Below, piece after piece: positions 45,392-54,126 of a stretch of DNA of 64,000 bases. The DNA is taken from IMG/VR virus record IMGVR_UViG_3300042398_001452. One strand, written 5' to 3'. Under the pieces are notes generated by a model. It ran no database searches. It was not told where the DNA came from and worked only from the letters and a program-made list of their open reading frames with translations. Both the position numbers and the translations under genes were made by a program. The DNA is from a virus. Its lineage: Duplodnaviria; Heunggongvirae; Uroviricota; Caudoviricetes. The stretch's first letter is position 1. The number at the start of each line of letters is the position of its first letter.

Positions 45392-46267
45392 ATGCCAAAT
45401 CACATTTCAAACATTTTGACCATTGAGGGCGACGCCAAGAGGGTAGCTCAGATTAAGAGTGATATCATTTCCGTTGACGAGGAAGGGTACATCAGACATA
45501 TCGATTTCGATAAGATTATACCGAGACCGAAGAGTTTGGATATCACTAGCGGCAGCAGTACGAGTAACGGGATTGCTATCTTGAAATATCGTGCAGGTGA
45601 TCCCACAGCGATTAATGGGATAATGGGATATCAATGGGCGACTGAGTTTGCTACGCCAGAGGATTTAATCAATCATATGCTCGAGAAGGGCTCGGCTAAT
45701 CTAGAAGAGGCTCAGAAGGCTTTAGATAACGTGAGATTATACGGACATCAGGATTGGTATTCATGGAGCACGTCCAATTGGGGTACTAAGTGGAACGCAT
45801 ATGACACCAACGACAATGAAGACAACGGAATTTATTTTCAGACGGCTTGGAGTAATCCGTTTCCCGTCATGGAGGCTTTAAGTCGTAAGTATCCGGATGT
45901 TGTATTTCATGTGAGATTTGCCGATGAGGACTTCGGTCATAATGTCGGAGAGTACAGTTTAAAGAACGGAGACACAATCAGCGAGAACATACCAGAGGGT
46001 GGTTCCGAAGAGGCTTATGAGATGGCCGCTGATATCACGGGATATGAAAGTTATCTTACTGACCGTGTGTATGATATCGAAGCAGAGACTATCGAAGAGC
46101 TTGCAGACTACGAAAAGCAGTATATCAAAGCCGTTTACGATAAGGAAGTCATTGAAGACTTCCCGAGAGTGGTTATCGACTACATGTTGGAGTTAGCTGT
46201 TGCGGATGAGAATTTCGAATTGGCTACTCAGCTAAGAGATATGACCGCATGTAACGACGAAGATTAA
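45392..46267 (+). CDS. DUF1281/YubB ferredoxin-like protein with C-terminal UVR motif
   Basis: MPNH..N.L.I.G, WYSW...NWGTKWNA, FQTAWS; C-term LAVADENFELATQLRD. Confidence 0.7.
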   Translation: MPNHISNILTIEGDAKRVAQIKSDIISVDEEGYIRHIDFDKIIPRPKSLDITSGSSTSNGIAILKYRAGDPTAINGIMGYQWATEFATPEDLINHMLEKGSANLEEAQKALDNVRLYGHQDWYSWSTSNWGTKWNAYDTNDNEDNGIYFQTAWSNPFPVMEALSRKYPDVVFHVRFADEDFGHNVGEYSLKNGDTISENIPEGGSEEAYEMAADITGYESYLTDRVYDIEAETIEELADYEKQYIKAVYDKEVIEDFPRVVIDYMLELAVADENFELATQLRDMTACNDED

Positions 46268-46283
46268 TCTTAAATCTATAAGT

Positions 46284-46562
46284 ATGATAACGGAACTAGA
46301 TAAAGACGTAAGCAGAAGGATTTTAAAGAGCTTGGGTGAACCGGCTACTGTGCTTCACGATAAAATGAAAAGGGGTAATTTCAAATACTCGCTAAAGTGG
46401 TTCGGAGTTAAGGGATGGTGTATAGAGACTGATAACGGACACAGAGCTTACTACAAGATGCGAGATCTCCTTATCACTAACAAATTAATTATAGAAGTTA
46501 TTCCGACAAGTGGATACGGGAACATATCTGGACTTTATCAGCTAAGAGAATTGGCGTATTGA
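46284..46562 (+). CDS. Hypothetical protein
   Basis: 92-aa ORF in operon. Confidence 0.5.
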   Translation: MITELDKDVSRRILKSLGEPATVLHDKMKRGNFKYSLKWFGVKGWCIETDNGHRAYYKMRDLLITNKLIIEVIPTSGYGNISGLYQLRELAY

Positions 46563-46605
46563 TAATCATTTTTTTTAATGGAATTTAATTCCTATATTTA
46601 GGTGA

Positions 46606-47424
46606 ATGGGTGAAGATAAAAAAATTCCGCATACCGTAAGAATGAGTGACCTTAGTTTTGATCCCTCTTTGTTTAAGACAATGAGAACGGGTAAAGCTAT
46701 AGACGCACTTTTAAGTTCTGAAGGTGGATTTCCTAGGTCGACCAACTTTATGTTAGTCGGAGATCCTGGTATTGGTAAAAGTACGGTTTCGATGGATATA
46801 TTATCCGATCTAAAATTAAGAGGACATTCGGTTCTTTTTATATCGGGTGAGATGGACCGAGTCGACTTATATGGATACGTCAAAAGATATCCCAAGTTTG
46901 GAAATCTCGATATCCTTTTCTTAGGAGAGTACGTTGATGAAAATCCGAAGGATGTTATCGAGAAAACTTTAGATAGCGGATATGACGTGGTACTTATCGA
47001 TTCTTTTGTCGAAGTACAGGACACTGTTAAAGAAGGCGCTAAGATGAGTTCGAACTCAACGGAAAAATGGCTTATTGATTTAATGCGGAAACACAACTCC
47101 GGCGGAAACTCTAAATCCGTATACACCTCGTTCTTGTGTATCCAACAAGTAACTAAAGAAGGTGTGTTCGTCGGATCAAATAAGCTTAAGCATAATACGA
47201 CCGGGATGATGGAGCTTCGGTTTACTAAAGACGGAAAAAGATACGCCATGTTCACTAAGAATAGAAGAGGCGAAGTAAACAAAAAATTATACTTCGACCT
47301 TTCGTCAACAGGGGATGTTAGGTATCTTTACGAAGGAAAAGAAATCGAGGAGATAGCGGAAAAAGTAATTAAAAGAGATAACAAGGAGCCGCCAAGTTAT
47401 TTAGATATACTTTTCGGAATGTAA
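46606..47424 (+). CDS. RadA/Sms-like RecA-fold ATPase (core only)
   Basis: GDPGIGKST, FISGEM, VLIDSF, QVTKEG..VG...LKH, KNRRG. Confidence 0.75.
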   Translation: MGEDKKIPHTVRMSDLSFDPSLFKTMRTGKAIDALLSSEGGFPRSTNFMLVGDPGIGKSTVSMDILSDLKLRGHSVLFISGEMDRVDLYGYVKRYPKFGNLDILFLGEYVDENPKDVIEKTLDSGYDVVLIDSFVEVQDTVKEGAKMSSNSTEKWLIDLMRKHNSGGNSKSVYTSFLCIQQVTKEGVFVGSNKLKHNTTGMMELRFTKDGKRYAMFTKNRRGEVNKKLYFDLSSTGDVRYLYEGKEIEEIAEKVIKRDNKEPPSYLDILFGM

Positions 47425-47551
47425 TTTCTGCTTGTTACGTTCCGAGGCCCAGGAGTGATCCTGGGCTTTTTTATGGAATCATTTTTTTATTTAGATAGAA
47501 TTTTCTATATTTGTATTAGAAACAAACACAGCAAATCGTACTATAATAAGT

Positions 47552-47806
47552 ATGGCAAAAAGAAAGATATCAAGAAAAAAGTTAGAGGAAAGGCTAACGA
47601 AGGGTGAGGTTAATTTCTCATACGAGAAGGTCGATGGTAGTACACGTAAGGCTAGAGGAACTACTAATGTCGATTTGATTCCTGAGGAGTGGAGACCTAC
47701 TGGGGGTTCACTAGCTCATGACGGAACTGCTTATTTTGATTTGGACATTCAGGAGTGGCGTTCGGTTTCTGCTGTTGTTTCTAAGGTTAATCTTTTGGAA
47801 CTATAA
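47552..47806 (+). CDS. SH3-beta-barrel / WYL_2-like protein
   Basis: VNFSYEKVDGSTRKARGT...YFDLDIQEWRS; paralog of 60327. Confidence 0.7.
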   Translation: MAKRKISRKKLEERLTKGEVNFSYEKVDGSTRKARGTTNVDLIPEEWRPTGGSLAHDGTAYFDLDIQEWRSVSAVVSKVNLLEL

Positions 47807-47816
47807 ATCAAATAAT

Positions 47817-48233
47817 ATGACTAAACGAAAAATTAAGGTTAGTGTCTGGCGAATGTTTAGATGGATTAATCGTAAGCTAGAAAAGAAGATTGAGTTGACT
47901 GAGTCCCAAAAAATGGGGATGAGGATATTCGATAGAACTGTATCAATTAAGGATGCGGAGATCTTCTTGTCTCCTCTGAGCGATTCTATCTATGTTGAAG
48001 TTAACGACATTTATATTATATTGGAAGGAAGCGATCTTCAAATCATCAACGGTAAATTCCGATATGATTTACACTATCCTGATTCGATTAGGTCTAAGAT
48101 GAGGAATAAGATTTTAAACATCCTCGAATACAGACGTATAGAGGTTGAAAAAAGAATAAAGACTAAAAGCGATCGTACACTCAATTCAATTCTGGATGAG
48201 GTTGAAGTGATTCGTAAAGATAAAGGTCAATAG
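47817..48233 (+). CDS. Hypothetical protein
   Basis: ATG 47817 after A-rich spacer. Confidence 0.55.
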   Translation: MTKRKIKVSVWRMFRWINRKLEKKIELTESQKMGMRIFDRTVSIKDAEIFLSPLSDSIYVEVNDIYIILEGSDLQIINGKFRYDLHYPDSIRSKMRNKILNILEYRRIEVEKRIKTKSDRTLNSILDEVEVIRKDKGQ

Positions 48234-48316
48234 GTTTTGTTTGTTCATATGGGAAGGCCGGGGTTTACACCTCGGCTTTTTTTGTGCTCTGTTGTGTGGT
48301 ACCACTGCACACCTCA

Positions 48317-48330
48317 CTGGGGAACCCCAG
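48317..48330. repeat. Dispersed palindromic box CTGGGGAACCCCAG
   Basis: Exact copies also at 55749 and 57241; variants at 49881, 53576, 58958, 61022, 44500. Confidence 0.8.
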
Positions 48331-48396
48331 GATGATGCTAAAAAGTTTTTTTGGAAATCATTTTTTTATTTAGATAGAATTTTCTACATTTACAAT

Positions 48397-48687
48397 ATGG
48401 AAACATCAGTAATCATTACACCTAACCCTTATGGCTTCGGAAGGAACTGGAGCTTACTTGTTAAGACACCAGGACACACTAAGAGTTTTTATCTTGGGCA
48501 GGACGCTAAGTTTTGTTCGAGAGTTCTTGGTATGACTCCGAGGGATGTCGTTGAGGCTATAGGTACTGGTGAGATCTCGGAAGGTCAACCAGGTAACAAG
48601 AAGCTCGCTGAGTTTATTTGTGAGTGTTTAGAATTAAATGAAACCAACGTCATGGGATTAGAGCCATGGAGTTTAAGCGCAGAGTAA
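48397..48687 (+). CDS. Hypothetical protein
   Basis: ATG after promoter 48356-48392. Confidence 0.6.
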   Translation: METSVIITPNPYGFGRNWSLLVKTPGHTKSFYLGQDAKFCSRVLGMTPRDVVEAIGTGEISEGQPGNKKLAEFICECLELNETNVMGLEPWSLSAE

Positions 48688-48688
48688 T

Positions 48689-49021
48689 ATGGAAAGGGTA
48701 TATGTAGCAATCATTAAAGGACCAAAAGAATATTTACCTGGAGGGATCAAGTTCGAGAAGTTTGAAATATATCAGCAGGACCTCGAGGATTTTTTAGAGG
48801 ACGGGGAAGAATACGGGGACACTGAGGAGGATGCTATCAAATACTATAAAGAGGAATATGCTGCGGAGTGGGAACAACGATGGTGCTCAGTTACTTTCTT
48901 GAGCGAGTCTGAGTTCAATTCTCTTTACGGAGCTGTACAAGAATTCTTTATCGACAATGAAGACGACGGAGAAGAGGAAGAACAAGAAGAAGACGAGGAC
49001 GAATGGAAGGATTGGAAATAA
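48689..49021 (+). CDS. Highly acidic hypothetical protein
   Basis: E/D-rich tail. Confidence 0.55.
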   Translation: MERVYVAIIKGPKEYLPGGIKFEKFEIYQQDLEDFLEDGEEYGDTEEDAIKYYKEEYAAEWEQRWCSVTFLSESEFNSLYGAVQEFFIDNEDDGEEEEQEEDEDEWKDWK

Positions 49022-49036
49022 AATAAATAAAAAGCT

Positions 49037-49273
49037 ATGAGAAAGGCCAGTATTAAAATCTCGAGTAGGAAGATTAGCGATATACCTACTGTTGAAAGGA
49101 TTATTGAATTTGTAACCGCGGAGGAGTTCATGGAGAAAGCAGATAAGGCTATTGAAAAAGCATGCTTATCTAGCGGATTCGTAGGGGTTAAATGTTGTGT
49201 TGATAATTCAGGGGGTGTATTTAATGACGATGAGGTTAAGATGCTCGAGGACGATTTTTTTATTGTTGAATAA
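49037..49273 (+). CDS. Hypothetical protein
   Basis: 78-aa ORF. Confidence 0.5.
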   Translation: MRKASIKISSRKISDIPTVERIIEFVTAEEFMEKADKAIEKACLSSGFVGVKCCVDNSGGVFNDDEVKMLEDDFFIVE

Positions 49274-49313
49274 ATCATTTTTTTCTTTAATTAGAATTTT
49301 CTATATTTGAGAT

Positions 49314-49796
49314 ATGGCAACAAGGAGTAGAATAGGAATAGTAAACGAGGACGGCACAGTTTCCTCAATATATTGTCACTTTGACGGATACGTTGGGGGA
49401 GTTGGTAAAAAATTAGTCGAGAACTACACAGATCGTGATAAGGTAAAAGAGCTGATCGATCTAGGTGCTATATCGATTCTGGGAGAGAATGTTAAACCCT
49501 ATGATCCTTATAGATCATTAAAAGACGAGAAGGTTAAATCGATATTAGATAGATTTAATCCGAAAGAGGAACATTCCTTTGATAATCCCGCACCTGGCGT
49601 AACCGTTGCTTATCATAGGGATCGAGGAGAGGAATACTTTGGACCGAGAGTCAATGGGTCATTAGAAGATTATTTATTAGACGATAATGAAGAATATGGA
49701 TACGTCTTTACCTTAGAGGGTGAATGGCTAGTTAAGCCATGGTCAAAAGACGCTCCAGTACAACCAGTTAACGGGGTTTTAGCAGAAGAGACTTAG
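49314..49796 (+). CDS. Phage hypothetical protein (YCHxDGY motif)
   Basis: MATRSRIGI...SIYCHFDGY..VG..L..NY; promoter 49273-49309. Confidence 0.65.
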   Translation: MATRSRIGIVNEDGTVSSIYCHFDGYVGGVGKKLVENYTDRDKVKELIDLGAISILGENVKPYDPYRSLKDEKVKSILDRFNPKEEHSFDNPAPGVTVAYHRDRGEEYFGPRVNGSLEDYLLDDNEEYGYVFTLEGEWLVKPWSKDAPVQPVNGVLAEET

Positions 49797-49880
49797 TGTT
49801 TAATTGGTTTAACGCTGAGGGGATCGAGAAATCGGTCCCTTTTTTTGTGCTCTGTTTTTTTCAGCATATGGTAAGATCCA

Positions 49881-49894
49881 CTGGGGTTCCTCAG
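49881..49894. repeat. Palindromic box variant CTGGGGTTCCTCAG
   Basis: Preceded by CAGCATATG as at 55731 and 58941. Confidence 0.75.
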
Positions 49895-49999
49895 GAAGTC
49901 CGATTCGCAGGGGTTTATTTTTTTAGAAATTTCTGGAAATCATTTTTTATTTTGTATAGAAGTTTCTACATTAGCTATGTAAATCAAAAAACGCTACCA

Positions 50000-50350
50000 A
50001 TGAAAAGCCATTGTACACACTGCGGAGCCATACATGAAAGAAAGGGTATCTATTGCTCTAAGAAATGTGCAGATGCAGCCTACCGAGCAAGAAAGAAAGC
50101 GGAACCGATCGAGCCAAAGGCTTCAACATCCGACCCAGAAGTAGTGGTCGAGAGATTCAGCAAAGCATTCGGTTTTCCCGTGAGACTCTATTGGAATCGT
50201 AGGTTAGAGGGTAAGAACTCCTCTTGCGCTAAGGCTGGCACATTACTCGAATTTGAGCAGATAACAAAAGTGGGCGGGCGTGTCATTTACAGGGTAAGAA
50301 GAGGTAAGCGTAACTTCTTTACCTCGAGTCGAGAGATCGAGGAACTTTAA
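50000..50350 (+). CDS. Zn-ribbon protein (CxxC..YCSxxC)
   Basis: HCTHCG.IHERKGIYCSKKC..AYR; paralog of 57351; ATG after promoter 49938-49974. Confidence 0.65.
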   Translation: MKSHCTHCGAIHERKGIYCSKKCADAAYRARKKAEPIEPKASTSDPEVVVERFSKAFGFPVRLYWNRRLEGKNSSCAKAGTLLEFEQITKVGGRVIYRVRRGKRNFFTSSREIEEL

Positions 50351-50442
50351 AAGTCGAATGACTTAAATGAGCCTGGGTTAAACGCCCAGGCTTTTTTATG
50401 AAATCATTTTTTTAATCAAATAGAATTTTCTACATTAGCTAT

Positions 50443-50742
50443 ATGAACAAGGGATCAAATACAAGAGGTGAGTTACTAGTTTGGCCGGACGTTGGTCCAA
50501 TCGATGATCATCGGAACTTTGAAAGCTTTGTTAGTGAGAGGTTCGGAGCTCGTATAAATTTCGTGGAGGAATTAGAACGTAGGGACGGAAAGGTGGATGT
50601 GATTATACGTTTCGACCCTCAAGGTCGTGACGGATCGGAAATCGTTTTTAGAATGTTTTGTGTGAGCGTGGGTATCTACCCGATCTCTATGATTAGCCGC
50701 ACAGATTATCCTATTGATTCGGTTAGAAAATTTTTAAAATAA
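50443..50742 (+). CDS. Hypothetical protein
   Basis: Own promoter 50402-50438. Confidence 0.55.
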   Translation: MNKGSNTRGELLVWPDVGPIDDHRNFESFVSERFGARINFVEELERRDGKVDVIIRFDPQGRDGSEIVFRMFCVSVGIYPISMISRTDYPIDSVRKFLK

Positions 50743-50814
50743 TTTCCAAAATCATTTTTTTTATTAAGTAGAATATTCTACTTTAGCAATGTAAACCAAT
50801 AAACACAAATAAAA

Positions 50815-51825
50815 ATGGCAAGAGCAAAAAAAGCAGAAGAGTCGGTAACGACTGAGGGAACGACTAAGAAAGGTCTTAGCGACGAGACAAAAGCAAAAAT
50901 CTCTGAAGCGTTAAAGCGCAGAAAGACGGTGGTTGCGGAAGCACTAGATTCTATAGCACCCAAGTTGGTAGCTGACGAGTCTAAAATCAAAGAGGATGGT
51001 AACATCGTCACTCTAAACGGTTACTTCAAAGTCGAGAAGGGTACGTTTGAAATTCTTAAACACAACATCGGATATGGTATCAATACGATGCTCATCGGGG
51101 CAACGGGAACCGGAAAGACCGAAGTTGTAGCTAACATCGCTAAGGTGTTCAACGTTCCTCTAACCATCTTCGACATGGGTACAATGACGGATCCTGTAAT
51201 GGGACTTGTGGGCACTCACGTCATCAGTGTCGAGAACGGGGTGACTAAGTCGGAGTTCAAACGCTCTCGCTTTTCAGAACTCATACAACAACCCGGAATC
51301 ATTCTCTTAGACGAGATCTCCCGAGCTGGAGCGATGGCTAACAACCTTCTCTTCCCTTGTCTCGACTTCCGAAGAGAGTTACCGATGGAGTACTCGTTCC
51401 ACGATACGACTCCAATACCAATCCACCCTCAGTGCGTTTTCTTCTCAACGGCTAACATGGGTAGCCAATATACAGGAACGCACAAATTAGACCGTGCCTT
51501 ACTTGACCGCTTCATGCTCATCGAAGTTGACTCGATCAAGAAAGACGACATCGTAGCAACCTTGGTCGCAGAATTCCCGAAAATCACCAAGACGAAAATC
51601 AACAAGTTGGTAAGCGTCTTCGAGAAAATCAACAAGGAGCACGACGAGTTCAAAATCTCTTTCAACCTCTCAGTACGTCACCTTAAGACAATTGCGAAGT
51701 TGGTATCTAACGGCTTTACGATCTACGACGGTTATGTCGCTCTTTGTAAAGGTCTCGGAAGCCAAGAAGGTTTGAAAGCGATTAAGGCAATCTTAGACGA
51801 TGCTAAAACCTCGACGGAATCTTAA
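50815..51825 (+). CDS. MoxR-family AAA+ ATPase (CbbQ/NirQ/CobS-like)
   Basis: GATGTGKT, ILLDEISRA, TAN.G..Y.GT..LDRALLDRF, SVRHL. Confidence 0.88.
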   Translation: MARAKKAEESVTTEGTTKKGLSDETKAKISEALKRRKTVVAEALDSIAPKLVADESKIKEDGNIVTLNGYFKVEKGTFEILKHNIGYGINTMLIGATGTGKTEVVANIAKVFNVPLTIFDMGTMTDPVMGLVGTHVISVENGVTKSEFKRSRFSELIQQPGIILLDEISRAGAMANNLLFPCLDFRRELPMEYSFHDTTPIPIHPQCVFFSTANMGSQYTGTHKLDRALLDRFMLIEVDSIKKDDIVATLVAEFPKITKTKINKLVSVFEKINKEHDEFKISFNLSVRHLKTIAKLVSNGFTIYDGYVALCKGLGSQEGLKAIKAILDDAKTSTES

Positions 51826-51844
51826 AAACTCCCGAAAGGATCAC

Positions 51845-51878
51845 AAGACTGGCGGGAAAACCCCGCCAGTCTTTTTTT
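51845..51878 (+). terminator. Intrinsic terminator
   Basis: AAGACTGGCGGG-aaaac-CCCGCCAGTCTT-T-run. Confidence 0.85.
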
Positions 51879-51947
51879 GAAAATCATTTTTTTAATTAAA
51901 TAGAATTTTCTACATTAGCAATGTAAACCAATTAATAGATAAACAAT

Positions 51948-53492
51948 ATGGGTAAGTACGGATATGGAAATTATGGAGGTTACGGAAAGAAAGTTTGGAC
52001 CTCTACATCGGGATGGGAATCGTCTCACTTTGGGGGTTACACACGTCTAATCTATGACTACCCCTACGTTAAATTTGACTTTAAGGCTAACATCGAAATT
52101 CCCAACGATCTTCGTGTTGATTTAGGAATTTACTCTGGCGAGAAGCTCATTAAAATGTACCTTATGAAATGTAAGGAAAAGAAGTACCTGCGACACTTTA
52201 CTCGAGAAGAGCTAGTCGAAAAGAACTGGATGGGTCAAGAAAAACATTACGAGGTTCTTAAACTCGATAACGAGGATGTTCTGAGAGAAGTAATGGGTCA
52301 TTACAAGGAATTTGCTCCACTATTCGATCATTACCGAGAGGGTATTCTTGGTACATCGATTAAGATTGAAGTTCCGCCTCCAGGTCAAGAAGGTGAGGGG
52401 AAGGGCAAAGGAAAAGGCGAGGGAGAAGGTGAAGGCGAGGGTAAAGGAAAAGGCCAAGGAAAAGGTGACGGTGAGGAAGAAGGTAAAGGTGGTGGTCAAG
52501 GACAAGGCGAGGATGAGGAGGAAGGTGAGGGTGAAGGAGAAGGAGAAGGAGATGATAGCGACGGTGAGGGTGAAGGCAACGAGAGTAAAAAGAATAAAGG
52601 CGGCGGATGGGGAAGCAGTAAAACCAAAGTATCCGATTTTAAAGCTCTCGAGAAGCTATTGGGAGATATGGCGGAACAAAAGCCTTTCGATAAATTCTCT
52701 TCAATCGGTAGCGAATGTGGTACACCTAAGTTCATCCCGATAGACTCTAAGGGATACACGGATTACGAATTCACGAGAGAGGAAAAGATAAATGCCGATA
52801 TGATACTTAAACAGCTCGACATTAACTTTGATCCGAAGAGTGCGGAGGTAAAGAACCTTAAACTCGGTAAGCTTGATACTTCGAAATTGGCTGAAGTACC
52901 CGCAGGTAACATCTCCGTCTATAAGCAGACTCTCGAAGACCAAGACACGAAAGCATTCGCTGTATGTGTATTAGCCGACATGTCTGGGAGTATGCAAGGT
53001 GCACGTCTTAACACCCAGTTCACAGTACTGAACTCGTTATACCTAGCACTAAGCGAGATTATTCCTGTCGAGGATCTTCACATATACGGTCATAGCGGGA
53101 GTTCGTCAGCACCATCGATATACACCTTCTGTAATCCGTATAGTCCTGACTATCGTAAAAATATTCAAGGCTACTACGAGGTCTACAATAATTCGAACTA
53201 CGATGGGGTGGTAATTCAAGAGGTGCACAAAAAGATACGGGAGAAGACAGACCGACCAGTAATTCTTATCAGTCTATCCGACGGTCAGCCTTGTGATAGC
53301 GTCGAAGCTATGAAACAAATTCTCGAGAGAGCTAGACGAGATGAATTCGTAACAGTAGGTATCGGTATTGGTACAGACTACGTCAAAAACTTATACACCT
53401 TCTCGAGGGTGATACAAGACAGAAAACTTCACGAGATGCCAAGAGAGGTCGCAAGTATTGTTAACCACGTTGTAAAAACGGAATTCAAATAA
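51948..53492 (+). CDS. vWA-domain protein (CobT-like), paralog 1
   Basis: LADMSGSM (MIDAS DxSxS), NYDG, ISLSDGQP, VGIGIG; G/E-rich linker. Confidence 0.85.
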   Translation: MGKYGYGNYGGYGKKVWTSTSGWESSHFGGYTRLIYDYPYVKFDFKANIEIPNDLRVDLGIYSGEKLIKMYLMKCKEKKYLRHFTREELVEKNWMGQEKHYEVLKLDNEDVLREVMGHYKEFAPLFDHYREGILGTSIKIEVPPPGQEGEGKGKGKGEGEGEGEGKGKGQGKGDGEEEGKGGGQGQGEDEEEGEGEGEGEGDDSDGEGEGNESKKNKGGGWGSSKTKVSDFKALEKLLGDMAEQKPFDKFSSIGSECGTPKFIPIDSKGYTDYEFTREEKINADMILKQLDINFDPKSAEVKNLKLGKLDTSKLAEVPAGNISVYKQTLEDQDTKAFAVCVLADMSGSMQGARLNTQFTVLNSLYLALSEIIPVEDLHIYGHSGSSSAPSIYTFCNPYSPDYRKNIQGYYEVYNNSNYDGVVIQEVHKKIREKTDRPVILISLSDGQPCDSVEAMKQILERARRDEFVTVGIGIGTDYVKNLYTFSRVIQDRKLHEMPREVASIVNHVVKTEFK

Positions 53493-53686
53493 ATCCATAT
53501 CCATAATCCGAAAGGGGGAAGACTACGGTCTTCCCTTTTTTTGTGGACCAAAATACGATTCACGAATCGGAGCTCCTGAGGAACCCCCGGAAGGATGCAA
53601 AAATCAACCTATAGGTTTATTTCAGAAATCATTTTTTTAAATGTAGAAAAATCTCTATATTAGCTATGTAACCAAACGAAAAGAAA

Positions 53687-54058
53687 ATGACAAAGGAGGA
53701 AGTAATATTGTTCTTACAAGCCAACCTCAAGGATGGTGGTAATCGAGTAGGAATAGAAGTAACAACTGACGGAGACCCAGGTCCACAAGTAGGTCTTTAT
53801 AGTAAAATCCTGTATAACTATCCTCTCAATCACGAAAGAATATATGGGACATACAGCGAATGTCCAGATTGTGAAGGGACAGGAGTAATCTACGATGAGG
53901 ATGAGGAGGACGAAGATGACAAGGAACAAGAATGTCATAACTGCGGTGGTGAAGGAGAGATAGAGAACACTGACATAGACGATGCTTCTGAGGTTGTCGT
54001 TGTGTACGATATTTGCAAGGAGGATGTACTGAAAATGATCGATGCGATGCTAGATTAA
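53687..54058 (+). CDS. DnaJ-type Zn-finger (CxxCxGxG x2) protein
   Basis: CPDCEGTG and CHNCGGEG. Confidence 0.7.
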   Translation: MTKEEVILFLQANLKDGGNRVGIEVTTDGDPGPQVGLYSKILYNYPLNHERIYGTYSECPDCEGTGVIYDEDEEDEDDKEQECHNCGGEGEIENTDIDDASEVVVVYDICKEDVLKMIDAMLD

Positions 54059-54126
54059 ATTTCAGGAATCATTTTTTTAATCAAATAGAATTTTCTACTT
54101 TAGCAATGTAAACCAAAACAAATTAT

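Noticed and set aside
44502-49999. Extended N-termini in the track (44502, 47718, 48241, 49796)
   Set aside because: They run through terminators, boxes and promoters; downstream ATGs at 44604, 47817, 48397 and 50000 fit the promoter spacing
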